64,000 nt of DNA from an uncultured Spirochaetales bacterium. Lineage in GTDB: Bacteria > Spirochaetota > Spirochaetia > Sphaerochaetales > Sphaerochaetaceae. Location of the stretch: the NCBI GenBank assembly GCA_902781545.1, contig CACZJR010000002.1, forward strand, positions 5,134 through 69,133, in the 5' to 3' direction. Both the position numbers and the translations under genes were made by a program. Below the pieces are notes generated by a model, which did no database searches, was not told where the DNA came from, and worked only from the letters and a program-made list of their open reading frames with translations. Shown here in pieces: positions 45,458 through 54,995 of this stretch (position 1 is its first letter; every line of letters starts with the position of its first letter).

Positions 45458-47806
45458 ATGACATTGGATAAACTGAAACCGGGCCAGAGTGCCAGAATCA
45501 CGCAAGTAGGAGGCGAAGGCTCGCTCAGGCAGCATTTCCTGGACATGGGAGTCATTCCCGGTGCAGAGATCACGCTTGTGAAGCTTGCGCCCATGAAAGA
45601 CCCCATGGAATTCCGGATCCATGGTTACGAGCTGACCCTGAGAGTGGCAGATGCATCCCAAATAAAGGCTCAGATTATTGATCAGAGCGAAGAAACAGAT
45701 GTAAAAGCCAAGAACAAGGCCATTGAACACCCCGGCTTAGGTGAGGACGGCAGATACCATGACCCAAAGAACGAGAATCCGCTTCCCGAAGGCACAAAAC
45801 TGAAGTTCGCCCTTGTGGGTAACCAGAACAGCGGTAAGACCACCCTCTTCAACCAGCTCACAGGATCTAACCAGCATGTCGGGAACTTCCCCGGCGTCAC
45901 AGTTGACAGGAAGGACGGCGTTCTGAGGGGGTACCCGGATGCGGTTGTCACAGACCTTCCCGGAATCTATTCCATGTCACCCTACTCAAGTGAGGAGATC
46001 GTTTCCAGGGACTTTGTCCTCAAGGAGAGACCCCACTGCATAATCAACATAGTGGATGTCACCAGCATCGACCGCAGCCTTTATCTGACCATGCAGCTCC
46101 TGGAGCTCGGGATTCCGATGGTCGTGGCCCTGAACATGATGGACGAGATGACAGGAAACGGCGGCTCTGTGGACATCAACTCCATGGAGGCGATGCTCGG
46201 TGTCCCTGTTGTCCCCATCTCGGCGGCAAAGAACCAGGGTGTTGACGAGCTTGTGAAGCATGCGATTCACATAGCGATGTATCAGGAATGCCCGCTCAAA
46301 CAGGATTTCTGCGGTTCTGACGACAACGGTGGAGCCGTGCACAGATGCATCCATGCCGTGATCCACCTCATTGAGGACCATGCCTCTGAGGCAGGCATCC
46401 CCGTGAGGTTCGCCGCAAGCAAGATCATAGGCGGAGACCATCTGATCCTTGATCAGCTGAGGCTGGACCAGAATGAGCTGGAGCTCCTTGACCACATCGT
46501 CATCCAGATGGAAAAGGAACGAGGCCTTGACCGCAGCGCCTCCATCGCGGACATGCGCTACGCCTACATCAGGACTGTCACAGCAACCTGCGTCAAGAAA
46601 CCGCGGGAAAGCGGAGAGCATATCCGCAGCCAGAAGCTGGACAAGGTCCTGACCGGCAGATTCACCGCAATACCGATGTTCATACTTATAATGGGAGCGG
46701 TGTTCTTCCTCACCTTCTTTGTGATAGGACCGTTTTTACAGGATCTGCTTGCATCAGGGATCGGAGCGCTTCACACCCTTGTTGTCCGGGCGATGGAGGC
46801 GGGAAACGTCAATCCTGCAGTCGTAAGTCTTGTATCAGAGGGATTATTCGAGGGAGTCGGAAGCGTCCTGAGCTTCCTGCCCATTATAGTCACCATGTTC
46901 CTGTTCCTCTCACTGCTTGAGGACAGCGGCTATATCGCAAGGGTCGCCTTTGTCATGGATAAGATGCTCAGGAAGATAGGTCTTTCCGGCAGGAGCATAG
47001 TCCCCATGCTCATCGGATTCGGATGCACCGTCCCGGCTGTCATGTCAACCAGGACGCTGCCGAGTGAGCGCGACAGGAAGATGACGATCCTGCTCACCCC
47101 GTTCATGTCCTGTACGGCAAAGCTTCCCATCTACAGCTTCTTCGTGGCCTTCTTCTTCCCCAAGGCAGGCTGGCTTGTCATAACCGCACTTTACCTGATC
47201 GGGATATGCATCGGCATCTTGGTCGCACTTGTCTTCAAGAAGACCCTGTTCAAGGGCGAGGCTGTTCCGTTTGTCATGGAGCTTCCGAACTACAGGATGC
47301 CCCAGGCCAAGAACGTCATTCAGCTGATGTGGGACAAGACAAAGGACTTCATCCACAGGGCATTCTCCGTGATCCTTCTTGCCACCATAATCGTATGGTT
47401 CCTCAAGAGCTTTGACTTCCACTTCAACCTTGTCGCAGATTCACACAGCAGCATCCTTGCGACCATAGCAGGTCTGCTTGTGCCGGTGATGAGGCCGATC
47501 GGCCTTGGAGACTGGAGGCTGATCACATCCCTTGTCAGCGGCTTCCTGGCAAAGGAGGGAGTGGTATCCATGATAGGAATGCTCTTCAGGACAGAAGGCG
47601 GAATCAATACAGTGATCACTCCCCTTGTCGCAAGCAGCATGCTGGTCTTCAGCCTGCTCTACACCCCGTGTATCGCCGCAGTGGCATCAATCAGAAGGGA
47701 GATGGGCCGCAAGTGGGCCCTTGGCGTTGTGCTGTGGCAGTGTTCCGTAGCCTGGCTTTGCGCCTTGATTGTGAGGCTCATTGGCCTGGCATTCGGAATG
47801 GTCTGA
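45458..47806 (+). CDS. feoB: ferrous iron transporter, FeoA-FeoB fusion
   Basis: 782 aa. The N-terminal roughly 75 aa form a FeoA SH3-like domain (ITQVGGEGSLRQHFLDMGVIPGAEI). They are followed by the G-domain (GNQNSGKTTLFNQLTG, DLPGIYS) and the polytopic FeoB core. Confidence 0.85.
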   Translation: MTLDKLKPGQSARITQVGGEGSLRQHFLDMGVIPGAEITLVKLAPMKDPMEFRIHGYELTLRVADASQIKAQIIDQSEETDVKAKNKAIEHPGLGEDGRYHDPKNENPLPEGTKLKFALVGNQNSGKTTLFNQLTGSNQHVGNFPGVTVDRKDGVLRGYPDAVVTDLPGIYSMSPYSSEEIVSRDFVLKERPHCIINIVDVTSIDRSLYLTMQLLELGIPMVVALNMMDEMTGNGGSVDINSMEAMLGVPVVPISAAKNQGVDELVKHAIHIAMYQECPLKQDFCGSDDNGGAVHRCIHAVIHLIEDHASEAGIPVRFAASKIIGGDHLILDQLRLDQNELELLDHIVIQMEKERGLDRSASIADMRYAYIRTVTATCVKKPRESGEHIRSQKLDKVLTGRFTAIPMFILIMGAVFFLTFFVIGPFLQDLLASGIGALHTLVVRAMEAGNVNPAVVSLVSEGLFEGVGSVLSFLPIIVTMFLFLSLLEDSGYIARVAFVMDKMLRKIGLSGRSIVPMLIGFGCTVPAVMSTRTLPSERDRKMTILLTPFMSCTAKLPIYSFFVAFFFPKAGWLVITALYLIGICIGILVALVFKKTLFKGEAVPFVMELPNYRMPQAKNVIQLMWDKTKDFIHRAFSVILLATIIVWFLKSFDFHFNLVADSHSSILATIAGLLVPVMRPIGLGDWRLITSLVSGFLAKEGVVSMIGMLFRTEGGINTVITPLVASSMLVFSLLYTPCIAAVASIRREMGRKWALGVVLWQCSVAWLCALIVRLIGLAFGMV

Positions 47807-47812
47807 TCGGAT

Positions 47813-48691
47813 TCAGAACTTGTTCTCGTCGGGGTTGCGCTGAGGTGTGATCCCTAGTGCCTCATAGTCAATCTCGGAAATCGCCTTGCAGTCATCCTCT
47901 GAAAGCTCAAAGTCAAAGACCTTGGAGTTCTCAATTATCCTGTCCTCATTCACGCTCTTCGGAAGAGGGATGGCGCCCTGTTGCATGCTCCATCTGACAC
48001 AGATCTGTGAGATGGGTCTTCCGTATTTCGCGGAAAGCTCCTGCATGAGAGTGCTCTTGAAGATTCCGCCGGTTCCGAGCGGGCTGTAGCCCTCGACAAG
48101 CATGCCGTGAGCCTTGCAGTAGCTGATAAGGGAAGTCTGAGCTATTCCCGGACATATTTTGATCTGATCCACAACAGGAGCCACTTTCGCAGTCTCCATC
48201 AGCTTCTCATGGTGGCGCTCCATGAAGTTGGAAAGACCAAGAGATCTGATCTTGCCCTCCTCTCTGGCCTCCTCCATTGCCTTCCAGGAGCCTGCATTCG
48301 CCTCTGCCCAGCAGTCACGGAACTTGATCGGATTGGGCCAGTGGATGAGATACAGGTCAAGATAATCAAGGCCAAGCATATTCAGGGATTTCTCAATGGC
48401 GGCCTTGGTGAGGTCATAACCATGATCCTGATTATGCAGCTTTGTGGTGATGAAAAGCTCTGAGCGTTTTACAGAGCCCTCTCTCAGAAAGTCATTGATT
48501 GCCTTTCCTACACTCTCCTCATTGCCGTATGCAGTCGCAGTGTCTATGTGTCTGTACCCGTTTCTCAGGGCAGCAAGCACTGATTTGTATGCGACATCAC
48601 CATCCGGTGTCTGCCATGTGCCGAATCCCACGCAGGGAATCCTGTTACCGTCTGCAAGAGTGTAAGTTGACTTAAGCGAATCCTGTTCCAT
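47813..48691 (-). CDS. aldo/keto reductase (2,5-diketo-D-gluconate reductase-like)
   Basis: 292 aa with motifs GFGTWQ, YRHIDTA and LDYLDLYLIHWP. Confidence 0.85.
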   Translation of the reverse strand: MEQDSLKSTYTLADGNRIPCVGFGTWQTPDGDVAYKSVLAALRNGYRHIDTATAYGNEESVGKAINDFLREGSVKRSELFITTKLHNQDHGYDLTKAAIEKSLNMLGLDYLDLYLIHWPNPIKFRDCWAEANAGSWKAMEEAREEGKIRSLGLSNFMERHHEKLMETAKVAPVVDQIKICPGIAQTSLISYCKAHGMLVEGYSPLGTGGIFKSTLMQELSAKYGRPISQICVRWSMQQGAIPLPKSVNEDRIIENSKVFDFELSEDDCKAISEIDYEALGITPQRNPDENKF

Positions 48692-48799
48692 CGGCCCCTC
48701 CTGAAATAATCGAAGAATACTGTTTTTTTCATTTTACGATTATTCGTTTGCACGAAAAAGCTTTTTTTTGTGATCCGCGTCAATTTGAGCATCCAATAA

Positions 48800-49054
48800 T
48801 CAGCCCAGTCCGAACAGCCCCTTCTTCTCATAGGGGCTGGATTTGACATCGCTGCATGTGTATCCCGTGGCGTTTATCGCCTCCATCAGCTTCCCGGCAT
48901 CAACGGCGACGTCCGAGATGAAAGTCGCCTCGTTGCGTCTCCTTGCGGCAGACACCTTCTTTGCTCCGGGAACCGTCTTCCGGATCACATCACAGATGTG
49001 GGCCTCGCACATCCCGCACACCATACCCTCAACAGTCAGAACGTATCTCAACAT
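48800..49054 (-). CDS. heavy-metal-associated (HMA) domain protein, CopZ-like
   Basis: 84 aa with a GMVCGMCEAH metal-binding motif. It has a GGAGGTG SD. Confidence 0.75.
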   Translation of the reverse strand: MLRYVLTVEGMVCGMCEAHICDVIRKTVPGAKKVSAARRRNEATFISDVAVDAGKLMEAINATGYTCSDVKSSPYEKKGLFGLG

Positions 49055-49068
49055 GATCTCACCTCCAA

Positions 49069-49322
49069 TCAGAAACTGTATGTGGCCCCGAGCCTGACGC
49101 AGCTCAGGTCCTTGAACGCACCATACGTGCCGGCCTCATCCGGCCCTTCCAGCACAAAGACCGCTCCGGCAGTGGCCTTGAGCTCGTCAGAGAAGCTGTA
49201 GGTCACACCTGCCACTGCAGCCCCGTCCAGCTCCCTGAGCTCCAGTATTCCGGCAACGGAGAGCTCAATATCTGGAATCTGCCGAAAGACTCAAACCAGT
49301 TGTTAATTCTTGAAGTTCTCAT
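49069..49322 (-). pseudogene. small ORF with apparent frameshift near its 5' end
   Basis: A 73-codon open frame (VFRQIPDIELSVAGILELRELDG...LGATYSF*) has no canonical start. The only ATG (49320-49322, MRTSRINNWFESF) is in another frame and that frame stops early. The stop overlaps the SD of the HMA gene. Confidence 0.3.
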
Positions 49323-49387
49323 CAAGGCCTCTTTTTAGTGAGCGCATGCATTGGAGCGCATGCTTAGTTAGAGTTGTTTAACTATCG

Positions 49388-49404
49388 ATTAGAGTAATCT
49401 AACC
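49388..49404. promoter_or_regulatory. DtxR/IdeR-like box upstream of the HMA locus
   Basis: The minus strand reads GGTTAGATTACTCTAAT, a 14/17 match to the box at 54979..54995. GGTTAG/CTAA half-sites resemble the DtxR/IdeR consensus TWAGGTTAGSCTAACCTWA. Confidence 0.4.
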
Positions 49405-49434
49405 TTAAGGCTTTGGTCAATACACAGCGGAAAT

Positions 49435-49473
49435 AAAAAACCGGCAAATGCAAGATCGGTTGCAGATGCCGGC
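49435..49473 (-). terminator. rho-independent terminator of the GPH transporter gene
   Basis: The minus strand reads GCCGGCA-(loop)-TGCCGG followed by TTTTTT. Confidence 0.6.
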
Positions 49474-49500
49474 TTATGTTCAGGATTTCCTGGTCTGGAA

Positions 49501-51006
49501 TCAGATGTCGATTGTCTTGTTCTCGTAGTGCTCCTTGAGCTTGGCCTCCTTCTTGTCCTGAAGCTCGGCGACCATCGGCTTTGTCAGCGGATAAATGAAA
49601 TAGAGGATCAGGGCCATCGCTCCGAACATGACCGCAGGAATGAGGGTGGCGAGGTTGTACATGTGCCTGAGGTTCTCCAGAGTCTGGACCGCACCCTTCT
49701 CGTACTTGTAGTTCATGGCCATCAGGGCACCGTTTACGCAGATGGCTGAGATGACCTGACCGAGCTTACGGAAGAACGCGAAGTATGAGTATGCGGTTCC
49801 GTCATCCCTGTTTCCTGTCTTGACGTAGACATCATCTATGGCATCAGTGGCCATGGCCCAGAGCTGCATGACAAGGATCGTGAGTCCCAAGCCGCTGATG
49901 AAGCACAGGCCCAGGAACGGCCAGATCAGCTTGTCCGGGGAGATTCCCCTCATGAAGAAAAGCGCCAGGTTCGCAAGGGCCGCAAGAGCCACGCCGCTGA
50001 CAGAGATCTCGCGCTTTCCGATGTTCTTTGCCATCTTGGGCAGAATGAACATCATGATCAGCATCGGCGAGTAAGTGCAGGCCTGTGATGCCAGGTTCAT
50101 CCAGTTGGCGTGGAAGTAATCGTTGAACAGGTATGTGTAGAAGCTCTGCGTGAACATCTGGCCGGCAAGCAGGAGCATGGATGCAAGGCTTATTCCCATG
50201 AAGGCCCTGTTCCTGAACAGGATCTTGATTGCCTTGCGGCCGGCACCCTTCTGCTTGGGCTGCGGCTTTGTCTTAACCCTCTCCTTGTTCAGCTTGAAGC
50301 TGATGAAGAGCATGATCATCGAGATGACCGAGATGGCTATGACACCCATGATGACAGGCTTGTACTGAAGGTCTGTGATGACCTTTCCGTTCTCTCCTAT
50401 CACAGGGTTTCCGGAGGCATCAAGGCGCTTTGCATAGGCGAAGCTTGCAAGAGCAAGGGCCGGGATTGATCCGAGTGCCGCACCCATGGAACGCCAGACA
50501 GAGAGCTTGCTGCGCTCATGAGCGTCTGTCGTGACGACTGACGCCAGAGATCCGTACGGGATCTGGAGTGCGGTGTAGACCATTCCGAAAAGCACATAGG
50601 TGACCGTGGCATAAAGGCACGTGGCCCTGTAGTGCTCAGGCTCTCCTATTCCGGGGAACTTGAAGAACATCAGGATTCCGGAGATGGCGAACGGGACTGC
50701 CACATACATTATCCATGCGCGGTAGCGGCCGTGGCGGCTGGGCTTGACGGTGTCCGCTATGCGGCCCATGATCGGGTCATTGATGCCGTCCCACACCCTG
50801 GCGAATATGAACATGATCATGATGAACAGCGGACTGAGGTGGAAGACGTCCGTGTAGAATTTCTGCAGCAATGTCGTCACAAGGGCGAACACGAAACATC
50901 CTGCGGTATCGACCATGGCGTAACCGAGGTAGTCCTTTGTCTTGAGTCCGCTGGTACGTGCGATGTAAGAGCGGTGAACAGTCTTTACTTCTTCGTTTGA
51001 GCTCAT
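49501..51006 (-). CDS. glycoside-pentoside-hexuronide (GPH):cation symporter family transporter
   Basis: 501 aa with 12 TM helices. MelB/GPH-like N-terminus: KDYLGYAMVDTAGCFVF...RVWDGINDPIMGRIAD. Confidence 0.75.
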   Translation of the reverse strand: MSSNEEVKTVHRSYIARTSGLKTKDYLGYAMVDTAGCFVFALVTTLLQKFYTDVFHLSPLFIMIMFIFARVWDGINDPIMGRIADTVKPSRHGRYRAWIMYVAVPFAISGILMFFKFPGIGEPEHYRATCLYATVTYVLFGMVYTALQIPYGSLASVVTTDAHERSKLSVWRSMGAALGSIPALALASFAYAKRLDASGNPVIGENGKVITDLQYKPVIMGVIAISVISMIMLFISFKLNKERVKTKPQPKQKGAGRKAIKILFRNRAFMGISLASMLLLAGQMFTQSFYTYLFNDYFHANWMNLASQACTYSPMLIMMFILPKMAKNIGKREISVSGVALAALANLALFFMRGISPDKLIWPFLGLCFISGLGLTILVMQLWAMATDAIDDVYVKTGNRDDGTAYSYFAFFRKLGQVISAICVNGALMAMNYKYEKGAVQTLENLRHMYNLATLIPAVMFGAMALILYFIYPLTKPMVAELQDKKEAKLKEHYENKTIDI

Positions 51007-51065
51007 TTTTTTCTCCGTGAAAATAATTGTATCACGGGTTTACTGAACACACAAAGGGAAATGAT

Positions 51066-51095
51066 AAAAAGAAGAAGGCCGCATTTGCGGCCCTC
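51066..51095 (-). terminator. rho-independent terminator of the AGCS gene
   Basis: The minus strand reads GGGCCGCA-AA-TGCGGCC followed by TTCTTCTTTTT. Confidence 0.6.
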
Positions 51096-51099
51096 TGCA

Positions 51100-52464
51100 T
51101 CAGGATTTGAATCCGTTCTCCTGGAAGTACTGTTTCTTCTCCTTCACAACCTCGTTGCTGAGAAGCAGAAGTCCTATCAGGTTCGGGATGATCATCAGCC
51201 CGTTGAATGTGTCCGCAAGGTCCCAGACAAAACCGAGTGTCGTCTGGCTGCCGACGATGATCGCCGCGACCCACAGGATCTTGATGACGATCTTGCTCTT
51301 CTCACCGAACAGATACTCTGCCGCCTGTGTGGCATAGTCGAAGTAGCTGATCAGGCAGCTGAATCCGAACAGGATGACAGATCCAATCGCAATCCAGTAT
51401 CCGATGTTTCCGGGAAGCATCTGCTTGAAGGCGTTGACCGTAAGTGTCGCGCCGTCAAGTCCGGATGTCCAAAGCCCTGACATGACAATTGCAAGAGCAG
51501 TGATTGTACAGACGACGATTGTGTCGAGGAAGACCTCAATCGGTCCCCAGACGCCCTGCTCAGCAGGCTCGCTGACCTTTGCCGGGGAATGGACCATTGC
51601 GGCGGTTCCAAGACCTGCCTCATTGGAGTACATTCCTCGCGCAACTCCCATCTTCATGGTCACCAGAATTGATCCGATCACACCTCCGGTTGCAGCTGCA
51701 GGATTGAATGCGGCTGTAATGATTGTGCCAAGGGCTGCGGGAACCTTGCCGATGTTCAGGATGATGATGAAAAGTCCTGCGATCAGATATGCGCCGCCCA
51801 TGAACGGAGCAACAACAGCACATACATAACCTACTCTCTTCGCACCGCCAAGGACTATGACTCCTGTGATAACTGCAAGCACAATACCTGTGACGATTGT
51901 CGGGATCTTGAACTCATCGAACAGTGTGGTTGCGATTGTGTTGGTATCGACAATGCCGCTTATGACAAACGCAAACGGGATAACAAGGATTGAGAACAGG
52001 ATTCCGAGCCATTTCTGCTTCAGGCCGTCTGCAAGGTAGTACATGGCGCCACCACGGACAGAGCCGTCCTCATTGAATTTCCTGTACTTGATTCCCAATG
52101 TGATCTCAGCGAACTTGGAGGCCATTCCGAAGATTGCCGCTATGATCATCCAGAAGAGTGCACCAGGACCACCGACGACTATGGCTGTTGCCACACCTGC
52201 GATGTTTCCTGAACCCACAATGGCCGAGACACTTGTCATTGCAGCCTGGAAACTGGAGAGCTCTCCTTTGGCACGGTCGCCAGGCTCCTTTTTCCTGAAT
52301 GCCTTGACTATGGTGTCCTTGAAGAGGAAACCGAAATGACTGAACTGGAAGAAACCCAGTCTGATAGTGAAAAACAGTCCTGTTGCAAGTATCAGGACCA
52401 GAATCGGAACTCCCCAGACAATACCGTTGACAAAAGCATTGACCTTGACAATGAAATCCATCAT
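51100..52464 (-). CDS. alanine/glycine:cation symporter (AGCS family)
   Basis: I trimmed the ORF to the MMDFIVKVNAFVNG start at 52464, which has an AAAGGGGG SD. AGCS hallmarks: SSFQAAMTSVSAIVGSGNIAGVATAI and GMYSNEAGLGTAAM. Confidence 0.85.
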   Translation of the reverse strand: MMDFIVKVNAFVNGIVWGVPILVLILATGLFFTIRLGFFQFSHFGFLFKDTIVKAFRKKEPGDRAKGELSSFQAAMTSVSAIVGSGNIAGVATAIVVGGPGALFWMIIAAIFGMASKFAEITLGIKYRKFNEDGSVRGGAMYYLADGLKQKWLGILFSILVIPFAFVISGIVDTNTIATTLFDEFKIPTIVTGIVLAVITGVIVLGGAKRVGYVCAVVAPFMGGAYLIAGLFIIILNIGKVPAALGTIITAAFNPAAATGGVIGSILVTMKMGVARGMYSNEAGLGTAAMVHSPAKVSEPAEQGVWGPIEVFLDTIVVCTITALAIVMSGLWTSGLDGATLTVNAFKQMLPGNIGYWIAIGSVILFGFSCLISYFDYATQAAEYLFGEKSKIVIKILWVAAIIVGSQTTLGFVWDLADTFNGLMIIPNLIGLLLLSNEVVKEKKQYFQENGFKS

Positions 52465-52528
52465 TACCCCCTTTACCTCGGTGCACCAAGATGAACCGTT
52501 TTGATATTCAGTTTGCGGTTGTAAGGAC

Positions 52529-52557
52529 ACTATAAATGCATATAAGGCGGGGGTCAA
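52529..52557 (-). promoter_or_regulatory. sigma-70-like promoter of the AGCS gene
   Basis: The minus strand reads TTGACC-17 nt-TATAGT, about 65 nt upstream of the start. Confidence 0.5.
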
Positions 52558-52659
52558 ACAATTATTTGCTTTTTTTGTGGCCCCTGGCTGAAATAGCTGG
52601 TATCATCTAATTTACAAACGCGTTTTTTCACGCTTCATCACGCTTTTCAGGAGCCGGCA

Positions 52660-54096
52660 ATGGAAGGAAAGAATCCTGTCATTCTGTCCTCTGACCCCAA
52701 GGTCAAGGAGATGTTCCGCAAGATGATCGCAGACACCACAGATGCGATCATCGGATCCTATGATGACAACACCGCCTATTCAGGCAAGAATGTCTACGAG
52801 CTGAGGAAAAGCCTTGAGGATCTGGGATTCCTGCCTGACCAAGGACTGGGATTCGACAAGACCCTGGAGACTGTGAGAAAGGAGATCATGCCGCATCTGC
52901 TTCGCACATGGTCCACAATGTACATGCCTCATCTCCATGCCCCCGCCCTCACTGAGACAATTGCATCCGAGCTCATAATCGGGACCTTCAATGACAGCAT
53001 GGACAGCTGGGACCAAGGACCGGCAGCCACGGAGATCGAGGAGGACATGGTCCACGGCCTTGTCAGGCTCTTCGGCTTAGGAAGCGGCGCTGACGGCACA
53101 TTCACCTCCGGCGGAACGCAGTCCAACATGGCTGCCCTAATCGCCGCACGTGACTGGTACTGCAACCGGAAGCACGGCTGCGACGTGAAGAAGGAGGGTC
53201 TTCCCCCGTTCTACGGCAAGATGAGGCTCTACACATCCGAGGTCTCCCATTTCTCAATGGAGAAGAGCTGCCATGTCATGGGTCTGGGCTACAACTCCGT
53301 GAGAAAGCTTCCGGTAGACTCAAAGTGCAAGGTTGACATAAAAAAGTTCGATGAGATGGTACAACAGGACATCAAAGACGGCCTTCTTCCATTCTGCGCC
53401 GTTGCAACAATAGGCACAACGGACTACGGTTCGATTGATGATGTGAAAGAGATGCGCAGGATCTGTGACAAGTACGGGATGTTCCTGCATGCCGATGCAT
53501 CATATGGAAGCGGTCTTGTCGTCAGCGGAAAATACCGTGACCGCATGGGAGATCTGAGTGTCTGCGACAGCATCACGGTTGACTTCCACAAGATGTTCCT
53601 TCTTCCGATCTCATGTTCGGTGATCCTCTTCAAGGACAAGACCGTGCAGGAATGCTTTGAGCTTCATGCGGACTACCTCAACCGTGAGGAGGATGAGGAG
53701 GAAGGTTACATAAACCTCGTGGACAAGAGCCTCCAGACAACAAGGCGATTTGACGCGCTTAAGGTCTTCATGGCATTCCAGACCCGCGGAAAGGACGGCT
53801 TTGCCTCCATCATAGACACCGCAGTGGAGAATGCCGGCTACTTCTACAGCCGCCTGGTCAAGGATCCTGCGTTCATCGCCCCTGTCGAACCGGAGATAAG
53901 CTCGGTGGTGTTCGCGGTCATTGACGGCGATGAGGCGAACAAGAACATCCGAAAACGCCTGATGGACGAGGGCACTGTCATTGGCCAGACATCCAAGGAC
54001 GGCAAGGTCATGCTGAAGTTCACCCTTCTCAACCCTGCCCTGACCCATGACCATATAGACAAAATCATTGCCAGAATCAAGGAACTGAGACCATAA
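52660..54096 (+). CDS. group II pyridoxal-phosphate-dependent amino-acid decarboxylase
   Basis: 478 aa with SGGTQSNMAAL, HADASYG and the PLP-lysine motif DFHKMF. Confidence 0.85.
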   Translation: MEGKNPVILSSDPKVKEMFRKMIADTTDAIIGSYDDNTAYSGKNVYELRKSLEDLGFLPDQGLGFDKTLETVRKEIMPHLLRTWSTMYMPHLHAPALTETIASELIIGTFNDSMDSWDQGPAATEIEEDMVHGLVRLFGLGSGADGTFTSGGTQSNMAALIAARDWYCNRKHGCDVKKEGLPPFYGKMRLYTSEVSHFSMEKSCHVMGLGYNSVRKLPVDSKCKVDIKKFDEMVQQDIKDGLLPFCAVATIGTTDYGSIDDVKEMRRICDKYGMFLHADASYGSGLVVSGKYRDRMGDLSVCDSITVDFHKMFLLPISCSVILFKDKTVQECFELHADYLNREEDEEEGYINLVDKSLQTTRRFDALKVFMAFQTRGKDGFASIIDTAVENAGYFYSRLVKDPAFIAPVEPEISSVVFAVIDGDEANKNIRKRLMDEGTVIGQTSKDGKVMLKFTLLNPALTHDHIDKIIARIKELRP

Positions 54097-54140
54097 TAGT
54101 CAGCCTTCAGTCCTCATCTGCCTCCTCGTCACAAGAAAGC

Positions 54141-54869
54141 CTACAAGATGCATTTGATGATCATGTATATGCCGTTGACTCCGATGAATCCGTAGACAAG
54201 CTTCTTGAAGACCTTGCTGTCGATCTTCTTCAGGAGCTTAAGCCCGACAACACTGCCAAGCAGAAGACCCGCAATCAGACTCAATAACACGGGGATGTCC
54301 GTCTTGTCATAGATCCCAGACACCACACGGCCAACAAGGCATGGGATGGAAGAGAAAAGGAAGAAAGCCTGAGAAGTGGCGAAATACTGTAGATTGCCGT
54401 CAACCGCAGGGACAAGATACATCACCACCGGAGGGCCAGCCATCCCGAAGAATGCATTTGTGATTCCTGAGCATGAGCCCATGAGGAAACCCATCGTCTT
54501 GCTCGTATTCACACGCACATTTCCAGAGAACACCAGCTCGTAGAGTGAGAGCAATATGAACACGACTCCGAGGCAGATTGTAAGGACATTAGATTCCAAG
54601 GAGACCGACCAGAGCGTGAAAACAAGTCCAAAGACCGAAGCAGGAATCAGTGCCGGAGCCAGGACTTTCCAGACCACAGAGTCACGGTATCTGATAAAGA
54701 AGTAGATATTCAGAACGATCAACGACATCTGCATCACGGCAACTGACTTTGCCAGAGGGAAAAACAAAGGCAGCACATTCAGGAGAACCAGAGGGGAACC
54801 GAATCCCATGGTGGAGTGAATGATTGAGGCGAGGATTGCGGACAAGCCTACTATCAGATACGTGCTCAT
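54141..54869 (-). CDS. TauE/SafE (DUF81) family anion exporter
   Basis: About 242 aa with 7-8 TM helices. The ATG is at 54869; the ORF-track start at 54878 is GTG. Confidence 0.65.
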   Translation of the reverse strand: MSTYLIVGLSAILASIIHSTMGFGSPLVLLNVLPLFFPLAKSVAVMQMSLIVLNIYFFIRYRDSVVWKVLAPALIPASVFGLVFTLWSVSLESNVLTICLGVVFILLSLYELVFSGNVRVNTSKTMGFLMGSCSGITNAFFGMAGPPVVMYLVPAVDGNLQYFATSQAFFLFSSIPCLVGRVVSGIYDKTDIPVLLSLIAGLLLGSVVGLKLLKKIDSKVFKKLVYGFIGVNGIYMIIKCIL

Positions 54870-54935
54870 TTGTCTCACATTCTAACTGCTCCGGTCAAAA
54901 AAACAAGTCCGTTAAACAAATCTAACCAATTTTAG

Positions 54936-54965
54936 TTGACAAAATTAGACAACTCTAACTATACT
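54936..54965 (+). promoter_or_regulatory. sigma-70-like promoter of the feoA-feoA-feoB operon
   Basis: TTGACA-18 nt-TATACT. The spacer contains the 13-mer ACAACTCTAACTA, which is shared with the HMA locus. Confidence 0.5.
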
Positions 54966-54978
54966 CGTTGGCGAGAGG

Positions 54979-54995
54979 GTTAGATATATCTAATT
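54979..54995. promoter_or_regulatory. DtxR/IdeR-like iron box overlapping the feo leader
   Basis: GGTTAGATATATCTAAT contains the perfect 14-bp palindrome TTAGATATATCTAA (54980..54993). It lies between the -10 element and the feoA start. Extra TCTAACC half-sites are at 54921 and 55004. Confidence 0.45.

Noticed and set aside
45986-46621. 211-aa minus-strand ORF
   Set aside because: It is antisense to the FeoA-FeoB fusion G-domain region. It is a shadow ORF.
52590-52615. Sigma-54-like CTGGCTGAAATAGCTGG upstream of the decarboxylase
   Set aside because: The -12 element lacks the TTGC core, so it is not convincing.
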